Assembly: GCA_965223265.1 (NCBI GenBank)
Contig: OZ244999.1
Location: forward strand, 352,001 to 416,000
Length of the DNA stretch: 64,000 nucleotides
Reading direction: 5' to 3'
DNA from: Planctomycetota bacterium
GTDB lineage: Bacteria > Planctomycetota > UBA8108 > SXIK01
Shown here piece by piece: positions 1 to 9,699 of the stretch. The position numbers were made by a program, and so were the translations under genes. Positions within the stretch are counted from its first letter, which is position 1; the number at the start of each line of letters is the position of its first letter. Under the pieces are notes generated by a model, which ran no database searches, had not been told where the DNA came from, and saw nothing but the letters and a program-made list of their open reading frames with translations.

Positions 1-1436
1 GTGGCGAAGTGCCGTTCATGATCTACGACGCCAAGAAACAGGAAGTGAAGGTGCTGAGCGGGCTCGGGCGTGCGCCCCTGAGTCAACGCGCGATCGATTG
101 GTACTACGCACACGGCATTCCGGCGCGCGGTAGCATGAAGGCGGCACCCGTGCCCGGCGCGATCGACCTGTGCGTCACCGCGCTCAAAGTTTACGGCACC
201 ATGTCGTTCGCAGACGCCGTCGCGCCGACGCTCGCGCTGCTCGACGCCGGCGGGGAAGATTGGTACGCGGACCTCGCCAAGACGCTGCGTCGCATGGTCG
301 AGGCGGAGCAAAAGGCGAGTGGATCAAGGCAGGAGAAGCTCACCGCGGCGCGCGATCGCTTCTACCGCGGCGACATCGCCGACGAGCTCGAGGCGTGGTA
401 CATCGAGGTCGGCGCCTTCCTTCGCAAGAGCGATCTCGCAGCGCACGAAACCTTGATCGAGGACCCGGTGGCGATCGACTATCGCGGCTACCGCGTCTAC
501 AAGTGCGGACCGTGGACGCAAGGGCCGACACTGTGCCAATCGCTTCGGCTCCTCGAAGGATTTGACCTCAAAGCGATGGGACATCTGCGGCCCGACTACG
601 TGCACGTCGTCGTGGAGTCGCTCAAACTCGCTTTCGCCGATCGCGACGCGTACTACGGCGACCCGCGTCTCGTCTCGGTGCCGCTCACGGCGCTCTTCTC
701 CGATCCGTACACCGAGACGCGGCGTTCGCTGATTGACCTGCGCCGTGCATCGCTCGAGCAGCGACCCGGCGATCCGTACCGCACGACTGCGCTTCGCGGC
801 GCGCGCGGCGCCAACGGTCCGGGCGCGAAGCTCCCCGTGCAGGACACGACGACGTGTGTGGTCGCCGACCGGTGGGGCAACGTCGTCGCGGCGACGCCGA
901 GCTGTAACCTCGCCGGGAACACGCCCGGCCCGAACGGCGTGACACAGGGCAACCGCGTTCGCAGCTTGAACACGACCCCGGGCCATCCCAACCGCGTGCA
1001 GCCAGGCAAGCGCCCGCGCATCACGCTCACACCGACGCTGGTGACACGCGACGGTAAGCCGGTGATCGCGATCAGCGTTGCCGGCGGCGACCTGCAGGAC
1101 CAGACCACGCTCAACGTCCTCCTCAACCACGTTGAGTTCGGCATGTCGCCGGCGCAGGCGGTCACCGCTCCACGCTTCAGCACCTCGCACCGAGAGAACT
1201 CGTTCGACCCCAATCCCGACCGCCGCGCCGCCTTTGGCACACCTGGCAGCTTGCAGGTGAACATGGCGGTCCCGGCGGCGACCAAGGCGGAACTCGTCCG
1301 CCGCGGCCATGTCCTGCGGGAGGCGGATGGGAGCATCGCTGACCCTGTGATGCTGACGATCGATCACGCCAGCGGTATGATCTACGCCGCCGGCGACCCG
1401 GAGGCCGGGCGGCATGCTGCTGCGCTCGAGAAGTAG
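1..1436 (+). CDS. ggt: gamma-glutamyltransferase family protein (5'-truncated by window edge)
   Basis: The frame is open from the window start (..GGEVPF). Motifs: VPGAID, LAFADRDAYYGDP, DTTTCVVADRWGN (N-terminal nucleophile Thr region), PGKRPRITLTP, GGDLQDQ. Confidence 0.85.
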   Translation, partial: GEVPFMIYDAKKQEVKVLSGLGRAPLSQRAIDWYYAHGIPARGSMKAAPVPGAIDLCVTALKVYGTMSFADAVAPTLALLDAGGEDWYADLAKTLRRMVEAEQKASGSRQEKLTAARDRFYRGDIADELEAWYIEVGAFLRKSDLAAHETLIEDPVAIDYRGYRVYKCGPWTQGPTLCQSLRLLEGFDLKAMGHLRPDYVHVVVESLKLAFADRDAYYGDPRLVSVPLTALFSDPYTETRRSLIDLRRASLEQRPGDPYRTTALRGARGANGPGAKLPVQDTTTCVVADRWGNVVAATPSCNLAGNTPGPNGVTQGNRVRSLNTTPGHPNRVQPGKRPRITLTPTLVTRDGKPVIAISVAGGDLQDQTTLNVLLNHVEFGMSPAQAVTAPRFSTSHRENSFDPNPDRRAAFGTPGSLQVNMAVPAATKAELVRRGHVLREADGSIADPVMLTIDHASGMIYAAGDPEAGRHAAALEK

Positions 1437-1527
1437 CCACCAGATGAGTGATGGGTCGGTTCGGCCTGTTGTCCTGGCTTCAGCGGTGCGCTACGTTCGC
1501 GGCGTTTTGTTTGAGTCGCCGGAGGTG

Positions 1528-1551
1528 CGGCACGCGGAGTGTGCCTACCAC
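1528..1551. repeat. REP-like palindrome (GTAG-type family)
   Basis: CGGCACGCGGAGTGTGCCTACCAC with a GGCAC/GTGCC stem. Related copies lie at 4003-4116, 21130-21192 and 33544-33568. Confidence 0.65.
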
Positions 1552-1702
1552 CATGTCGGAGATACGGCACACGGAGATTGTGAGTTTTATAAAATGTGCC
1601 GTCCGGACGGGCACTATGACCGTGACCGTGACCGTGAGTTGCGCCGGAGCGTTTTAAAAAGTTCACAGCCTCGAAGTTCACTACCATTCTGAGCCTGCAT
1701 CT

Positions 1703-3889
1703 ATGAATTCATTGAAGTACCGTGGCGGCCGCTACTGGCGCGATGGCGAGCCGTTCTTTGTTGTTGCCGCCGACTATCAGTATTACCGCGACCGCGAGGC
1801 ACACTGGAGTGATCGGCTCGAGAAGCTGAAGGCCAGTGGGGTCAACACGATCACGTTCTATATTCCGTGGCGCCACCACCTACGCGTCAACGGCGACGAG
1901 CGCGTGTACGACTTCACTGGCACCACCAAAGACAGCCGCGATGTCGTCGGCTTCATGCGCCGCATCGCCGCACTCGGTCTTTGGATGATCGCCAAGCCGG
2001 GACCGTTCGTGCATTCCGAGCTCAACGTCGGTGGACTCCCGGATATCGTTTCACCGTCGTTCAACGGCGGCATACCGGCCGCGCGTCGTCACCATGGCCG
2101 TCCGGCGTACTGGACCTACGACGCATCGCAGCTGCCCGCACCGCTCGATGAGCACTTCGACGCCCTCGCGCGCGAGTGGCTTGAGTCGGTTCGTGAGGTG
2201 CTGCAACCGTTTGCTGGCGACGACGGCGCACTCATCGGCATCCAGCTCAACGACGAGACCATCTTTTGCACGTCCAACGACCCACCGTGGCATTTTGGCT
2301 ATGATCCATCTGGAATCGCGTTCTATCGCCAGCTCCTGCGTGATCGCTATGGGGACATCGAAAACTACAACCGGCTGCATGCGACCAGCCACACGAGCTT
2401 CGAGTTGGTCAACGGGCCGGCTCTGGTCGACGACAGCGACGCGGCGGATCGAGAGACCCCGGCGCGCCCGGAGGAGATTCTCCACTATATCGACTGGGCG
2501 GAGTATCAGTGGCGACTGCGGCGCGATCTCTACATCCGCTACAAGGAGTACCTTGGCGTTTCGCTGCCGCATCTGACGAACTACGCTGGCATCACGCCGC
2601 CGATCGAGGAGAACGTCCCGGATTTGCAGGACGTTGCGCACGAGAGCCTGCCCCCCGACTACACCCAGCTCTATCCGGAGTGGTGGTTCGCGATGAACCG
2701 CATCGATCGCGACGCGGACGCCTACGAGTACGGCATGATCAGTTGGCTCGGCGTGGCGTCGTATGATCGCGACGTCTTCGACCGCTATATCAACACGGCG
2801 CGCCGCGCCCGCGGCATCAACATGGAGGAGAACTGGGGCTTCGGCATGCTCTACGATGCGAAGTCGCGCTATCCACTCGTGCCGTTTTACCAGACGCTCG
2901 TGTCGGTCGCTGGTGGGGCCACGGGATACGTTATCTTTTGCGGCGTCAGCACCGACTACTGGGAGGATGAGCTCGATCGCATCACCAAGAAGCAGTGTCC
3001 GACGTTCCCGTCGCACGCGCCGATCGACGAGCACGGCAACTGCCGGCCGATGTACGACGCGGCGATGCTTCTGAACCGCTGGTTTCTGGCGAATGGCGAA
3101 GCTTTGCTGCGCTGCGAACCCGAGACCGACGTTTGCTATCTTCTCTATCCACCCTACGCGGCGGTGTCGTCATGGATCCCGGACGAGCGCTACTGGCAGC
3201 TCGACGGGCGCACGATCCCGCGCTGCGGCCATGAAGGCTTCGAAGAGTTCTCGCGCGCTCTCCAAGGGGCCGGCTACTCCTTCGGCATGTTCGAGCTCGA
3301 CGCGGTCACATCCGAACGGCTTGATGCCTCGCGCGTGGTCACGCTGCGGAGCGCATTCTTCATGGACGCAGCGTCGCAGGAGAAACTAGCTCAGTACGTC
3401 AGCCGCGGCGGCAAGCTCATTCTGTGCGGCGACCTTCCCGAGGTCGATCTCGAGTTGCGACCGTGCAGTGTGCTGCGGCAGGCGATCGATGCGGCACGCG
3501 CCGGCGGCGCATCGGCCGTCGTCTACCAGCCAGAAGATCTCTTCATCGATGGTGGTATCTGTTCGGTGCTGGAAGCACAGGGACTGAAGCCGACGGTGAC
3601 TTACGCCGACAACATGCGCGCCTATGTGCATCGCGGCGCCGGGGGCTCGTTCGTCTTCTTCTTTGACTTCGAGCTCGAGCCGGGAAGTAGAAAATGGATC
3701 GAGTTCGACGGCCTCCGCATCGACTTCGAGCTTGGCTCAAAGACTTGCGGCGCGCTGCGCGTTCGCGACGGCAGAATCATCTCGCACCTGGTCAAAGGCA
3801 CGAACGAAGTCGAAGACGTCCGCTCGACGATCCGCATCCGCTGCGGCGATCAAGTGATCGAAGGGGTGGGGGATTTCGCGTCGCCGTGA
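1703..3889 (+). CDS. beta-galactosidase-like glycoside hydrolase (GH35/GH42 type)
   Basis: YQYYR..W.DRLEKLKASGVNTITFYIPW, YDFTG, MIAKPGPFVHSELNVGGLP and IQLNDE motifs, plus a trimerisation-like C-terminal region (LAQYVSRGGKLIL). Confidence 0.75.
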   Translation: MNSLKYRGGRYWRDGEPFFVVAADYQYYRDREAHWSDRLEKLKASGVNTITFYIPWRHHLRVNGDERVYDFTGTTKDSRDVVGFMRRIAALGLWMIAKPGPFVHSELNVGGLPDIVSPSFNGGIPAARRHHGRPAYWTYDASQLPAPLDEHFDALAREWLESVREVLQPFAGDDGALIGIQLNDETIFCTSNDPPWHFGYDPSGIAFYRQLLRDRYGDIENYNRLHATSHTSFELVNGPALVDDSDAADRETPARPEEILHYIDWAEYQWRLRRDLYIRYKEYLGVSLPHLTNYAGITPPIEENVPDLQDVAHESLPPDYTQLYPEWWFAMNRIDRDADAYEYGMISWLGVASYDRDVFDRYINTARRARGINMEENWGFGMLYDAKSRYPLVPFYQTLVSVAGGATGYVIFCGVSTDYWEDELDRITKKQCPTFPSHAPIDEHGNCRPMYDAAMLLNRWFLANGEALLRCEPETDVCYLLYPPYAAVSSWIPDERYWQLDGRTIPRCGHEGFEEFSRALQGAGYSFGMFELDAVTSERLDASRVVTLRSAFFMDAASQEKLAQYVSRGGKLILCGDLPEVDLELRPCSVLRQAIDAARAGGASAVVYQPEDLFIDGGICSVLEAQGLKPTVTYADNMRAYVHRGAGGSFVFFFDFELEPGSRKWIEFDGLRIDFELGSKTCGALRVRDGRIISHLVKGTNEVEDVRSTIRIRCGDQVIEGVGDFASP

Positions 3890-4002
3890 CGCGGCCTTTC
3901 CGCAGTGCACGAGGTTTCAAAGAAGAACCGGGCGGCACCTGCGAGAGGCTATGAATTCTCGAAAACGCGCCGCCGTAACTCACGGTCGACGGTCACGTCC
4001 GG

Positions 4003-4116
4003 ACGGCACACAGGAGTGTGCCTGCAACGTTGAAGATCCAGTTGGCGCTATAGTAGAGGCACGCTCCGCGTGCCGTCGCCTGAAAACACCGGACGACATG
4101 GGAGTGCGCCTGCCAC
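4003..4116. repeat. cluster of three REP-like palindromes in alternating orientation
   Basis: ACGGCACACAGGAGTGTGCCTGCAAC (4003-4028), GTAGAGGCACGCTCCGCGTGCCGT (4053-4076) and degenerate ACGACATGGGAGTGCGCCTGCCAC (4093-4116), between convergent genes. Confidence 0.7.
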
Positions 4117-4185
4117 TTTGGGAGAGCGCACCGCCCGCCAAAGAAAACTCCGCTCACAAGCAGGCCCCTCGACACGCGAGCGGCA

Positions 4186-7100
4186 TCACGGGCACGCGGC
4201 ATGCTCGCGACACTCGAGATCGTCTGTCGTGAGATCTACGCCGCAGCTGGCGGCGGGCGCGGGTAGCGGTGGCGCACCGGCAAAGAGACGCAGCAGAATG
4301 CGCACGCCGTCCGAGACGTTGAGGCGACCGTCGTCATTGGCATCGCCGGACTTGAGGCACATTGGCGGCTCAGCACCGCGGAAGAGATAGAGAAGCAGGC
4401 TCATCGCGTCGTCGAGACCGAGCGCTGTATCGGCGTTGACGTCGCCGCGGCGGAACGGCGTCGGCAAGGCGGTGATTTCTTCCTTGGCGAACGTCGTCAC
4501 CTCGACGCTGCTGAGAATGTTGAACTGCTCGTCGAGGTAAAACGCCTCAGCTTGAAGGTTTTCATGCTCGACAGGTGCGTGGAGCTCGAGAGCTCGCACT
4601 GGGGAGGCTTGCCCTTCAACCGTGGCGGCCGGCTCGAACACGACCCAGTAGCTCACATGCTCGTTGTGGCGCGTTGATGAGTAGACCAGCTCCCAATAGT
4701 CCGTAACGCGGCGCTGTGCCCCGTCGATACCGACGACCGCGTCCACCAAGCTTGCCGCTCCGAAGTCTCTAAAGAGTTCCGGACGGAATCGCTCGGTGAG
4801 CTGCGCCGAGTTGCCGTCGGCGAGATCGAAACGGACATCCCATGCGGGCAGTGTGGGGTGACCGCACGCCGAATAAACTACGTCGACGAAACTTTCGCCG
4901 CGCCGAACGTTCGCGCGCAAAAAGACACTATCGGTGAGGGCCTCGGCATCCAAGGTGCGGCTGACGGTGCCGGGCTGAAAGTCTAGCTGCGACAACTCTA
5001 CGCGCAGCTCTTCACCACTCGGTAGCAGGAAGTCTTGGGCATACTCGAAGCGAAAGAAGGATTCGCAGTCGCCCGCGGCGACCCGGCGCACGTTCAGCTC
5101 GCCTGGCCCTTGCGGTGTCGCGAGGGCGCGATCGGGGCCGAAGCGAAGTTCGCCGATGAGCTCGAGAGGCTCGAGCTCAGCATCGGCCGGGAGCCGGAAG
5201 GTGCCCGGCTGCAGCTCGAGCGTGCTCTTGCGCTCGTACTCCTCGCGCACTTCGCGGCCGATGTCGAACATGCCGCACGCCATGGTGCCCGGAGGAATGA
5301 CGAGCTCGAAGGCGGGCGTAGGTGGTTCCGGTGTCGACAACAGGAACGGCCGCACCTGTTTCACCGCCAGCGGGCCGTCGGCTTCAATCTTAAACTCGAG
5401 ATCCAAAACGACGTCGTCGCGCGCGTGTTCGCCTGTGTCGATCGGATAGCTCTGGTCGATGTGCCACAGCAGCGCGCCGAGCTCCTCGAGCTCAGCGTCT
5501 GAAAGCACATGGACACCACGCGGAACGAGCGAAGAGGAGACTGCACGGCGGATACTGACGACGACGCCATCCTGCACGTCGAGAAGATTCTTCTCCGGCA
5601 GCACACCCGGCTCGGGACTGACGACGCTCTCTTCGCCGAGCTGCGCGGTGATGACGTAGCGGCGGTCGAGCGGGTTCGTCGGATTGCCCGTGAAGGCGAC
5701 GCCGTTGACTCGCTCGTCGACGAAAGCGCGATTGACGAGGATGCCCATGGCCGCGATCTCTTGGTCTATGCCGAAGAAGCTCCGTTCTTCATAGGCTCTG
5801 AAGTTCCATAGACTCGACCATACGCGCCGCAGGCCGCGAGCCACGCCGCGCTCGTTCTCACGCGTTGGATCGCAGTGCGACGGTCCCGTCGCATCAGCGT
5901 CGAGGTCATCCTCGGCGCACACCGACGTCGAGTCGTAGAGCCCCGCACCGTTGAACTCGATGGAGTCCTCAAGATTCGACGACGAGCGAAAGCGCACGCG
6001 CGACGTGGTCGTTCCGAAGACCTCGGAGATGCGGCCAGCCAGCTGCTGCACGAGCGCCGGTTCGATAACGCTCTCGGATCGCATATGGTCTCGCAGCCGC
6101 TCGAGCGCGTCGAAGCGAAAGCGAGAGTTGGTCTGAAACTCACCGCTCCCGAGGAGCTCTTCAACGTACTGCTGATAGGTCACGTCGCGAGCCGGGTCAA
6201 GGGCCGACGGCAGCGAGTTGGTCCGCATAAATTCGAGGTAGTAGTGTACCGGGATGGCGAATCCCTGCTCCTGGTACTGCGCGTTCGGTCCGTCCAGCAC
6301 TGTCTGCAGCCGAGCCAGACCGGAGGCTTTACCGCCGAATCGAGACTCTACGGGTGGCGCGCCCGGATCACTGTCCATGACGGCGATTTCCGCCAGAGTG
6401 GGAATCGCGCTGAAGTCGGGATCGAGACTGGGCGAAACGCTCAGCGTCGGACGACTGGACGCCCAAAAAGCCTCGGCGTCTTCCGGCGTCGCAGCGCTGG
6501 CCGCGAGCCCGGCACAGGACACGTCCAGACGGACGAGATGATCGGCCAGTGGCACGAACGTCTCCAGAGCCGTGGCGGAAAACGCGTTCGGCGTGCCGCG
6601 CCGGTTGGTTCGCACCGAGACGTGGCTGAGCTCGCCTTGCGGCTCCGCGGTGACGACGCCGCCGACGACGCCTTCGATGTCGCGCGGCGCATGGTCGAGA
6701 ACGACGATGTCCTGGAAGCTGAGCCCACCGGTTTCGTTGATTTGATCGAAGGCGTCGCGGTCCAGCAGCCGCACGCGCCCGAAGGAGACGCCGAGTGTAT
6801 AAGGTTCGTAGTCGGTCGACGGCGTCGAGGTGACGTCAGTCTGAACGGGAAAACCCGGATCGACCCACTCGCTGGCGACCTCGAGCGCGGCGCGGGAGTT
6901 CGGAAAGTACGCGAAAGGCTCAAGGAGAAAAGCCTCCTTGAGCTTGTTGTAAAGATCTCTGACTTCATTCACCGAGAGTGCCTCAGCGGGATCGTTCCAG
7001 CGTGCGAAGACGCTAAAGCCGAAGACGCGCCCTTCGGCCTTCTGGATCAGCGAGATCGTGCCGACGAAATAGCGTCTAGTGGCTCGGGTCCCGACGAGGT

Positions 7101-9639
7101 CGGTGTAGAGTTTCGGCGTCAAATCAGGAAACTCGTCGGCGAACACGGTCGAGAGAAAGTCCTCGTGAAGTTCGAATCGCCTGGTGTTCTGAAACGTCAC
7201 CCCGGGGAGTGCCGAAGATTCCATCGGGACGGTGAACTTGACGAAACGTCGTACTTCGCCGGTTGCACCCGCGGCTGCTGAGAGTTCGTGAAAGTCGAGT
7301 CCCGTGCAGAGGCGATCGACATAGTCGACCTCAAGCGGGCGCGGGGTCGTGTTGGTGAGCATCGTGAGCGAGCCGCCACCGCGGTCGACGGTCACGACGT
7401 CGACGTCGCCGTCCCCGTCCATGTCGGCGGGCATTGCGAAACGAAGACCGACACCGGCATTGAAGACGATCGGATGGAGGAATAATCCCTGGCCGTTTCC
7501 CAGCAAGACGGATACTGTCGCTCGACCCTCGTTAGCGGTGACCAGATCGAGAAAACCATCGCTGTCGACGTCGGCGACTTCGATCGAATAACCGCCATGC
7601 TCGGTGGTGTAGTCCAGAGGCGGATCGAACGTACCGTTGCCGCGGTTGAGGAAGACCGAGGCAAGAACTCGCGCCTGGTTCGAGGTGACGAGATCGACAT
7701 CTCCGTCGCCATCGACGTCGCCGCTCGCGATGTGGCCCGCGGGAGCCGTCGCCTCGTACTCGCGAACATCTTCGAACGTGCCGTCGCCACGGTTGATGAG
7801 CACCGAGATATGTGTCGCCGCTTCGTTAGCGGTCGCGATGTCGGGCCAGTCGTCGCCATCGAGGTCGACAGCAACGGCAGCTTTGGGACGCGAGCCGACG
7901 CGATATTGGACGTGCGACCCGAGGGATCCCGAGCCGTCGCCGAAGAGAACCGACACGACCGACTGACCTTGGTTTGAAGTGACCGTGTCGAGGTTGCCGT
8001 CACGGTCGAAGTCGGCGAGCTTGATGTTGATCGGTGCGCCGCCGACGAGTATTCGCTCTGGTGGCAAGTAACCGTTGTTGTCGTCGGCGATGTGCACCCA
8101 AACGTGATGGTCCAGATTGTCGCAGGTGACCGCGTCGGGACGACCGTCGTGGTTGAGGTCGCCGACAGCGACCGATTGCGGGTGCTCACCTCCGAAGTTG
8201 TACCCGCGCTCCATCTCGAAGACGCCGTCGTTGTTACGAAGGGTGGAGAAGGTCCCAGTGTGCGTACTGCAGCCAACTGCATCAAGATCGCCGTCCGCGT
8301 CGACATCGGCGACGATCCCAGAGTGCGGCCGGCCGGTCGCCGGGAACGTTTTCGAATCGAAGCTCAAAAAAGTCCTGTCGCCGCTCCAGAGGAAATGAAC
8401 TGCGCGCGGGATTGAGGTTGTGAGCGCGAGGTCGGTGACGCCGTCATCGTTGAAATCTTCGCCGGCAAGCGACGTCGGCACAGTGGGGAATAGGCCGGGG
8501 CGAACTCCGACTGAGAAGCCGCCAACGCCGTCGTTGAGTAGCACCAGGATCGTGCTCGGATCGGGAACGGTGCTGATCACGATGTCGGGACTGCCATCTC
8601 CGTTGAAGTCGTCAATCTCCAAGGATCGTGGCACTCGTGCAGCGTAGGGGACAGGAGTCAGAAACTCACCGTCGCCACGATTGAGGAGGACATAGACCGC
8701 TCTCGAGGTCGTCACAACGAGGTCCGGCGCAGAGTCGTGGTTGAGGTCCACCGCTCGTCCGAAAGAGGGAAACGACCCATCCAAGGGATAGCTGACTGGA
8801 TCGTCGAGCCGGTTGCCACGGTTGAGGACTACCGAAACGTCCCGCGAGTTGCGATTGATCGTGTAGACGTCAACCGTGCCGTCGCCGTCGAAATCTGCTG
8901 TGCCAGCGTCCCGGGGATTTTCGCCGACGGGATACTCGGTGGACGCCCCGAACGTGCCGTCGCCTAGGTTCGGCAGAACGGAGACGGTGTTTTCGCTGCG
9001 ATTGGCCGCGACGATGTCCGGCAGGCCGTCACCAGTGATGTCGCCAACGGTTGCGTAGCGAGCATCGAAGGCACTCGGGTAGTGAACGGCGGCTTCAAAC
9101 GCGCCGCCACCGGCGCCTTTGAGCACGATCGTGTCAAGAAACGCGCCGACGACGAGATCCGGGAGCGCGTCGGAATCGAGGTGAGCAGCGGTGAGAGTGT
9201 AGGCGGGAGCTGCGACTTCGATCACATCGAGAGCGATGAACTCGCGGTCTCCGGCGTTCAGAAAGACCGCCACACTGGCCATATCGTTTTCGCGCGTGAG
9301 CGCGACCAAGTCGGCTCGGGTATCAGCGTTGAGATCGATCGCCACCGTCACACGAGGAGGCTGTTCGAGCTCAAGAACTTGAGTGCCACGGCCGAGTTGG
9401 ATGGGAATGTCTTCGCACTCATCGGGGACTGAGTTGGCATTACAGTCGTCGCTCGTCGCTTGGAGGACGTCATCGACATCCTCGATGCCGTTTTGGTTAC
9501 AGTCGTCTGCGGCAATGCGGGAGCCGCTCGCCGCGCAGCAGATTACGAACAAGAACCAAATCGCCGAGCGGACCGCGGTCGTCTTCAGCGGCGTGCCGTC
9601 CATCATTGCGAGCCTCTCTGTCTCGGGGTCGAACGTCAA
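4186..9639 (-). CDS. secreted multidomain protein: FG-GAP/VCBS repeats + phosphohistidine-swivel-like and PEP/pyruvate-binding (ATP-grasp) domains + C-terminal dockerin-like domain
   Basis: Signal-like N-terminus and many D(F/L)xxDGxxD repeats. QGELSHVSV, FGGKASGL, RFRSSSNLED..FNGAGLYDS, VWSSLWN.RAYEER, GVAFT and DLEFK..VKQVRP. C-terminal FRRGDVNAD..CLKSGDANDDG. Confidence 0.75.
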   Translation of the reverse strand: MTFDPETERLAMMDGTPLKTTAVRSAIWFLFVICCAASGSRIAADDCNQNGIEDVDDVLQATSDDCNANSVPDECEDIPIQLGRGTQVLELEQPPRVTVAIDLNADTRADLVALTRENDMASVAVFLNAGDREFIALDVIEVAAPAYTLTAAHLDSDALPDLVVGAFLDTIVLKGAGGGAFEAAVHYPSAFDARYATVGDITGDGLPDIVAANRSENTVSVLPNLGDGTFGASTEYPVGENPRDAGTADFDGDGTVDVYTINRNSRDVSVVLNRGNRLDDPVSYPLDGSFPSFGRAVDLNHDSAPDLVVTTSRAVYVLLNRGDGEFLTPVPYAARVPRSLEIDDFNGDGSPDIVISTVPDPSTILVLLNDGVGGFSVGVRPGLFPTVPTSLAGEDFNDDGVTDLALTTSIPRAVHFLWSGDRTFLSFDSKTFPATGRPHSGIVADVDADGDLDAVGCSTHTGTFSTLRNNDGVFEMERGYNFGGEHPQSVAVGDLNHDGRPDAVTCDNLDHHVWVHIADDNNGYLPPERILVGGAPINIKLADFDRDGNLDTVTSNQGQSVVSVLFGDGSGSLGSHVQYRVGSRPKAAVAVDLDGDDWPDIATANEAATHISVLINRGDGTFEDVREYEATAPAGHIASGDVDGDGDVDLVTSNQARVLASVFLNRGNGTFDPPLDYTTEHGGYSIEVADVDSDGFLDLVTANEGRATVSVLLGNGQGLFLHPIVFNAGVGLRFAMPADMDGDGDVDVVTVDRGGGSLTMLTNTTPRPLEVDYVDRLCTGLDFHELSAAAGATGEVRRFVKFTVPMESSALPGVTFQNTRRFELHEDFLSTVFADEFPDLTPKLYTDLVGTRATRRYFVGTISLIQKAEGRVFGFSVFARWNDPAEALSVNEVRDLYNKLKEAFLLEPFAYFPNSRAALEVASEWVDPGFPVQTDVTSTPSTDYEPYTLGVSFGRVRLLDRDAFDQINETGGLSFQDIVVLDHAPRDIEGVVGGVVTAEPQGELSHVSVRTNRRGTPNAFSATALETFVPLADHLVRLDVSCAGLAASAATPEDAEAFWASSRPTLSVSPSLDPDFSAIPTLAEIAVMDSDPGAPPVESRFGGKASGLARLQTVLDGPNAQYQEQGFAIPVHYYLEFMRTNSLPSALDPARDVTYQQYVEELLGSGEFQTNSRFRFDALERLRDHMRSESVIEPALVQQLAGRISEVFGTTTSRVRFRSSSNLEDSIEFNGAGLYDSTSVCAEDDLDADATGPSHCDPTRENERGVARGLRRVWSSLWNFRAYEERSFFGIDQEIAAMGILVNRAFVDERVNGVAFTGNPTNPLDRRYVITAQLGEESVVSPEPGVLPEKNLLDVQDGVVVSIRRAVSSSLVPRGVHVLSDAELEELGALLWHIDQSYPIDTGEHARDDVVLDLEFKIEADGPLAVKQVRPFLLSTPEPPTPAFELVIPPGTMACGMFDIGREVREEYERKSTLELQPGTFRLPADAELEPLELIGELRFGPDRALATPQGPGELNVRRVAAGDCESFFRFEYAQDFLLPSGEELRVELSQLDFQPGTVSRTLDAEALTDSVFLRANVRRGESFVDVVYSACGHPTLPAWDVRFDLADGNSAQLTERFRPELFRDFGAASLVDAVVGIDGAQRRVTDYWELVYSSTRHNEHVSYWVVFEPAATVEGQASPVRALELHAPVEHENLQAEAFYLDEQFNILSSVEVTTFAKEEITALPTPFRRGDVNADTALGLDDAMSLLLYLFRGAEPPMCLKSGDANDDGRLNVSDGVRILLRLFAGAPPLPAPAASCGVDLTTDDLECREHAACP

Positions 9640-9699
9640 CTCTCTCCACGCTCCAGGATGAGGCGAATCGTCGACAGAGTACAGAAAGAACTTGTCGGC

